NCBI GenBank assembly: GCA_040905465.1
Contig: JBBDRK010000072.1
Span: 1 to 64,000 of the forward strand
Length of the DNA stretch: 64,000 bases
Direction of reading: 5' to 3'
Origin: Trueperaceae bacterium
GTDB lineage: Bacteria > Deinococcota > Deinococci > Deinococcales > Trueperaceae
The translations under genes were made by a program, and so were the position numbers. Under the pieces are notes generated by a model, which was given only the letters and a program-made list of their open reading frames with translations, searched no databases and was not told where the DNA came from. Position 1 is the first letter of the stretch. Each line of letters opens with the position of its first letter. Positions 58,432-64,000 of this stretch are shown piece after piece.

Positions 58432-58629
58432 ATGAACTGGGACCGGATCCAAGGACAGTGGCAGCAGGTGCAGGGAGAGGCCAAGAAGCGCTGGGGCCAG
58501 TTGAGCGACGACGATATGATGGAGGTCGAAGGAAACCGCGACAAGCTAGAAGGCAAGATCCAGGAGCGCTACGGCTACTCGAAAGACCGCGTCAAGCGCG
58601 AGGTCGACGAGTGGATCAACGATATGTGA
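58432..58629 (+). CDS. csbD: CsbD family stress protein
   Basis: MNWDRIQGQWQQVQG.AK.RWG.L.DD...G.IQERYG. SD aggagg. Confidence 0.92.
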   Translation: MNWDRIQGQWQQVQGEAKKRWGQLSDDDMMEVEGNRDKLEGKIQERYGYSKDRVKREVDEWINDM

Positions 58630-60180
<1,551 letters not shown>

Positions 60181-60223
60181 GGGAGCGGCACTACCCCTTC
60201 GCCGGGCGCGTTATCCTGGGGGC

Positions 60224-60562
60224 GTGGCAGACCGGGAAAAGTCCCAGCGCGAAGCCGAGGTACGGCTGATAGTCATGGCATGTGCGGAACGGGCGGGGGT
60301 GCTTGCACGATGCCGGCCGGCGCGCCGGCGCAGCGACCTGGCCATGGTGTTCCTGAGGGGACCGAGGCAGGCAGTGCTGGGCCTGCCGCTGAAAGTCTTC
60401 GATGCCCTCGAGGATTACGATGTCGAGATCATTCGCAGCGGTAGCCAGGAGGATCGCTACCTGCTGGTCATGGCGGTCACCGAAGCGTTGGGCTCTCAGG
60501 AGATTCGAACTCCGGAGCGCCGGGCAAAGCTACGGCGGCGCCTGGAACGGGAAGAAGCTTAG
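60224..60562 (+). CDS. Hypothetical protein
   Basis: TATCCT-6nt-GTG start; fills the gap between proS and uma2. Confidence 0.6.
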   Translation: MADREKSQREAEVRLIVMACAERAGVLARCRPARRRSDLAMVFLRGPRQAVLGLPLKVFDALEDYDVEIIRSGSQEDRYLLVMAVTEALGSQEIRTPERRAKLRRRLEREEA

Positions 60563-61116
60563 CCGACGATGTCGTCGACCGCCAGCCGGAATTGCGGCAT
60601 GGCGACGCTGCTGATCACCCGGCCGAGACCACTCACGACAACCCCGCGATAGCCCTGAGCGGAAGGTTCGCTGTGAACCAACACCTGCGACTGGGTCAGG
60701 TCCACCAGCCACGCTTCGGCGATGCCGAACCTTGCATAGAGCGGCATTTTAACGTGACGGTCGTAGGCCAGGGAACTGTCGGCTACCTCGATCACCAGGA
60801 GTGCGTCGGCGGCTGAGGGGTGGGCTGCCGAGTAGTAGTCCGTTCGAAATCGGACGATGGCCAGGTCCGGCTCCACCTCGGTCCTGTCGTTGAGCCGAAG
60901 AGGGTCCTGCACGCGGAGCAGGGCGTCCTGGCCGATCACCGCCCCGAGGCGACTGGTGAGGCGCGTAACGCAGCCGGCATGCGAGCTCCCTTTCGGCGCC
61001 ATCGCCACGACCTCGCCTTCCACCAGCTCCACGCGCTCGCTCTCGAAGATGCCGCTCTCCGCCATCTTGTAGTACTCGTCTACAGTGAAGCTGCGTTTGG
61101 GAAGTTCGACTTGCAT
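60559..61116 (-). CDS. Uma2 family putative endonuclease
   Basis: FTVDEY..M, VELVEG, EPDLA, LVIEVADSSL.YDR..K..LYA..GI.EAW. Confidence 0.92.
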   Translation of the reverse strand: MQVELPKRSFTVDEYYKMAESGIFESERVELVEGEVVAMAPKGSSHAGCVTRLTSRLGAVIGQDALLRVQDPLRLNDRTEVEPDLAIVRFRTDYYSAAHPSAADALLVIEVADSSLAYDRHVKMPLYARFGIAEAWLVDLTQSQVLVHSEPSAQGYRGVVVSGLGRVISSVAMPQFRLAVDDIVG

Positions 61117-61654
61117 GCCCGGTGCCTCCTGCCGGAATTATAGGCTGCCCGCCCGCGACCTGTTGCACCGGCGGTTGCACTCGCCCCTAGAAGTCCACGG
61201 TTGCTGCCGGGAGTCGCTCGATGATCCCGGCTTCGGATACCCTCTTGCATATGCGTTATATCTCTGCTACTATTCGCTCTCGGGCCGCAAGCTGGCGGCC
61301 AGGGCCTTCCGGCCCGGAGAGGCAGGTGAGAAGCTGATGGTGATCGAGCCAGTAGTATCCCGGGCGAACGGGGCATGCGCGATCGCTGCCTTCCCTGCTC
61401 TCCTCACGATCATTCTCTCGATGCGTGGAGAACCGGCCGCGACCTAGGCTTTCGAGCTGATTTCGCTCGCCTGACGGTTCCCCCGGCGTCCAGAGAGATC
61501 GCCGGGTTTTGCATGACCCTAAGCAATCCAGGGAAGCACCGACTCGTACGCGGGAAGCCCCGCCGTGAAGCCTGAGTCGTGACCGATGGCGCCTGATCAG
61601 GCAGCCGCGTCGTGACTCGACCTTCCCGCTCGTTACGACAGAAGGAGGTGAACC

Positions 61655-61795
61655 ATGATTCATCAACTGAACCACTACGCCGCATTCGGCCGGCTGGAGT
61701 CTCTCCAGCGAGACCGCAAGACGGCACAACTGAAGCGCGACGGTTACCGCGACATTCGCGAGCCGCGCAAGGAGCGCCACTGGGCGAACCGCTGA
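61655..61795 (+). CDS. Small protein (46 aa) missed by the ORF track
   Basis: Perfect SD aaggaggtga 3 nt before ATG; MIHQLNHYAAFGRLESLQRDRKTAQLKRDGYRDIREPRKERHWANR. Confidence 0.6.
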   Translation: MIHQLNHYAAFGRLESLQRDRKTAQLKRDGYRDIREPRKERHWANR

Positions 61796-61855
61796 GCGAA
61801 CCAGTACTCCGAACGAGACCGGGTTCGCTCCCAAGGCACTGCATAGAGGTCCACC

Positions 61856-62053
61856 ATGTACATGAACGAACACCTTGTCCACCGCCTCGCCAGGGACCGA
61901 ACCCGTGAACTCGATCGTGAAGCCGAAGTCGTGCGGCAACTCGCCGTACTGCGGCTGGGCTGGCGCAGCCGCCTGGCCCGCGCTCTGATGAATCTGGCTG
62001 CACGGCTCGAGCCAGCCTGCGCTCCGAACGACCGTCAACTGGCCCGCTTCTGA
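61856..62053 (+). CDS. Small Arg-rich helical hypothetical protein
   Basis: SD gaggt and W..RLA..L..LA.RLEP pattern. Confidence 0.65.
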   Translation: MYMNEHLVHRLARDRTRELDREAEVVRQLAVLRLGWRSRLARALMNLAARLEPACAPNDRQLARF

Positions 62054-62141
62054 CTGCGCCATAATGGCGGCAGGACGATCGGCCCCGGCTGGCGAACGGG
62101 TCCCGGCGAACGAAAACCAGCGAACGGAGACCGGAACAACC

Positions 62142-62179
62142 GAGCGAGCGGCCGAAGCACACGCTTCGGCCGCTCGCTC
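62142..62179. terminator. Strong hairpin between convergent genes
   Basis: Perfect 17-bp stem gagcgagcggccgaagc-acac-gcttcggccgctcgctc. Confidence 0.75.
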
Positions 62180-62211
62180 ATGAAACCGGTGGACCAGCTT
62201 CGTCAGCCGCT

Positions 62212-63174
62212 CTATGACACCGCTTGTGCGCCCTCGGCCAGCTTGGATTGCGCGCCCTGCCCCAGGTAGATGTCCATCACGTTGTGGAGGAAGCGAACAG
62301 CCTCGTCCTTGGGGCGCTGGAACGAGTTCCGGCCGATGATCGAGCCGAAACCGCCGCCCTCGTAGATGCCGCGGATGTCGCGGTAGAAGCTCTCCTCGCC
62401 CGCCTTGCTGCCGCCTGAGAAGATCACGATCCTGCGCCCGTCGAAGGCGCTCTGCACCACGTGCCGCACCCGATCCGCTACCGTGCCGACGGGGATCGAA
62501 TGCTCGCTGTACTTCTTGCGCGCCGAGTCGTTCTCGATGTGCTCGCCCGGCAGCTTCACCTTGATGATGTGCGCGCCCAACTGGGCGGCAACCTGCGCCG
62601 CATAGGCCACAACGTCCACCGCCGTCTCGCCTTTCTTGGAAAGCCCTGAGCCGCGCGGATAGGACCACACCACCACGGCCAGCCCGCTCGCCTTGGCTTC
62701 CTCGGCCAGCTCGCGCAACTCCTCGTACATCGACTTGAAGTGCATGGAGCCGGGGTAGATGGTGAAGCCTATGGCCGAGCAGCCCAGGTGCAGTGCGTCG
62801 GCCACGCTGCCGGTGACCGAGGGCACCGGGTCTTCGTTGTCGGGCGACAGCGAGTCGTGGTTGTTGAGCTTGAGGATCAGCGGGACCTCACCCGCCCGCT
62901 CGGCGGCGCCGGCTTCGATGAAACCCAGCGGTGCGGCGTAGGCGTTGCAGCCTGCGTCGACCGCGAGGTCGAAGTGGTAGAGCGGGTCGTAGCCTGCCGG
63001 ATTGTCGGAGAAGCTTCGGGCGGGCCCGTGCTCGAAACCCTGATCGACCGGCAGTATCACGAGTTTCCCGCTTCCCGCCAGCCGGCCGTGGCCCAGCATC
63101 CGTGCCAGGTTGGCCAGAACGCCAGGCGGCTGCGAGCGATAGTTGGCTAGGATCTTTCGCACGGCGTCTGTCAT
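62212..63174 (-). CDS. fbaB: Class I fructose-bisphosphate aldolase (DhnA type)
   Basis: ILPVDQGFEHGP, GFTIYPGS, WSYPRG, IIKVK, and GSIIGRNSFQR. Confidence 0.93.
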   Translation of the reverse strand: MTDAVRKILANYRSQPPGVLANLARMLGHGRLAGSGKLVILPVDQGFEHGPARSFSDNPAGYDPLYHFDLAVDAGCNAYAAPLGFIEAGAAERAGEVPLILKLNNHDSLSPDNEDPVPSVTGSVADALHLGCSAIGFTIYPGSMHFKSMYEELRELAEEAKASGLAVVVWSYPRGSGLSKKGETAVDVVAYAAQVAAQLGAHIIKVKLPGEHIENDSARKKYSEHSIPVGTVADRVRHVVQSAFDGRRIVIFSGGSKAGEESFYRDIRGIYEGGGFGSIIGRNSFQRPKDEAVRFLHNVMDIYLGQGAQSKLAEGAQAVS

Positions 63175-63202
63175 GTTTCCTCCCCTGACTCACCCGAGCC
63201 GC

Positions 63203-63547
63203 TCAGTCTTCGCGAATGCCGTCGAGGATCCGCTGCACCTCGCGCCAACTGAGGTTGTTCGCTATGCCCCCCTGGTAGTGGAAGGAGAATGGGTCATCGC
63301 CCGGGAATCGAGTCTTGATCAGGTCCCAACGCATCCCCCGGCGGTTGATCGGCTGGTACAGCACCACCGACGCGCCCAGGCGGTTCTCGAAACGATAGAT
63401 CCGCTGCCGCCACTCCTCGAACGCCTTGAGGACGGACGTCAACTCCTGGGCTATGGTGCGACGGCCTTGCAGCCGGTACGGGCCTTCGTACACGAGATGC
63501 CGGCTGTGTCGGTCCCGCAGTTCCGCTAACAGTTCCGCGCTCTCCAT
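63203..63547 (-). CDS. Hypothetical protein
   Basis: 114-aa ORF with TAGAAT just upstream; co-oriented with fbaB. Confidence 0.65.
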   Translation of the reverse strand: MESAELLAELRDRHSRHLVYEGPYRLQGRRTIAQELTSVLKAFEEWRQRIYRFENRLGASVVLYQPINRRGMRWDLIKTRFPGDDPFSFHYQGGIANNLSWREVQRILDGIRED

Positions 63548-63640
63548 ATCCGATTCTAGAGAAGCGTTCCGGTTCTTGGCTGTAACAACTGCAACTGCTT
63601 CTTCAGACGAATTTCATCCCGGTCCCAGAAACCGCCGGCC

Positions 63641-64000
63641 TCAGCCCAGGGTCAGCGCGGCCACCCCCGCCACCATCACCCCCGCGGCTATCAGCCTGCG
63701 CTGCCACTGCCCCTCTCCGAGGAAGCCGGCACCCAGGGCGGCACCGAAGAGGATGCTCACCTCGCGCACAGGCGCCACGTAACTCACCGGTGTGAACAGC
63801 AGGGCGGACAGCACCAGCAGGTAGGCCAACGGCGACAGCACCGACACCGCCAACACCGCACGCCGGTGGTTGCGCCACACCTCGCGCACCTCGTCGAAAC
63901 GCGAGTACACGTGGGGCGTGAGCATCAGGGCGCGCAGGAGTTCGGATGACCACAGCAGGATCAGCGGATGGATGGCCAGGCGAGATACTCCGTGGGCGTC
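63641..64000 (-). CDS. DMT/EamA family transporter (5' end outside window)
   Basis: LSPLAYLLVL.A...PVSYVAPVREVSIL.G...EG. Confidence 0.85.
   Translation of the reverse strand, partial: DAHGVSRLAIHPLILLWSSELLRALMLTPHVYSRFDEVREVWRNHRRAVLAVSVLSPLAYLLVLSALLFTPVSYVAPVREVSILFGAALGAGFLGEGQWQRRLIAAGVMVAGVAALTLG

Overview
GC-rich bacterial chromosomal window, most consistent with Deinococcota (Truepera-like). This assignment is inference from the Thermus-type ProRS, pervasive leaderless -10/start architecture and TPR-HD-GYP proteins. It is mostly housekeeping and metabolic genes: a peptide ABC/peptidase cluster, comM/yifB, degV, asd, proB, hisZG, fadIJ, ribD-ribE-ribBA with an FMN riboswitch, can, recQ, metG, proS and fbaB. 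Several small accessory inserts are bounded by duplicated or decayed gene ends. The standout is a tandemly duplicated two-gene module (7838-15495). In each copy a lipoprotein subtilase carries four copies of an 8-residue Trp/Gly-Gly peptide (GKSMIWSG in one, GASTVWAG in the other) and is followed by a TPR-HD-GYP(-GGDEF) c-di-GMP enzyme. I propose this as a candidate self-processing peptide signal/receptor system. Other notable items are a leader-peptide attenuator upstream of metG, a promoter-driven rod-like ncRNA candidate at 102-224, a TA-like small gene pair present as one intact and two decayed copies, a 33-bp metG 3'-end duplication flanking a nucleotidyltransferase pair, and probable non-canonical start codons. 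No rRNA, tRNA, CRISPR array, integrase or transposase was recognised. All calls are by eye; no searches were run.
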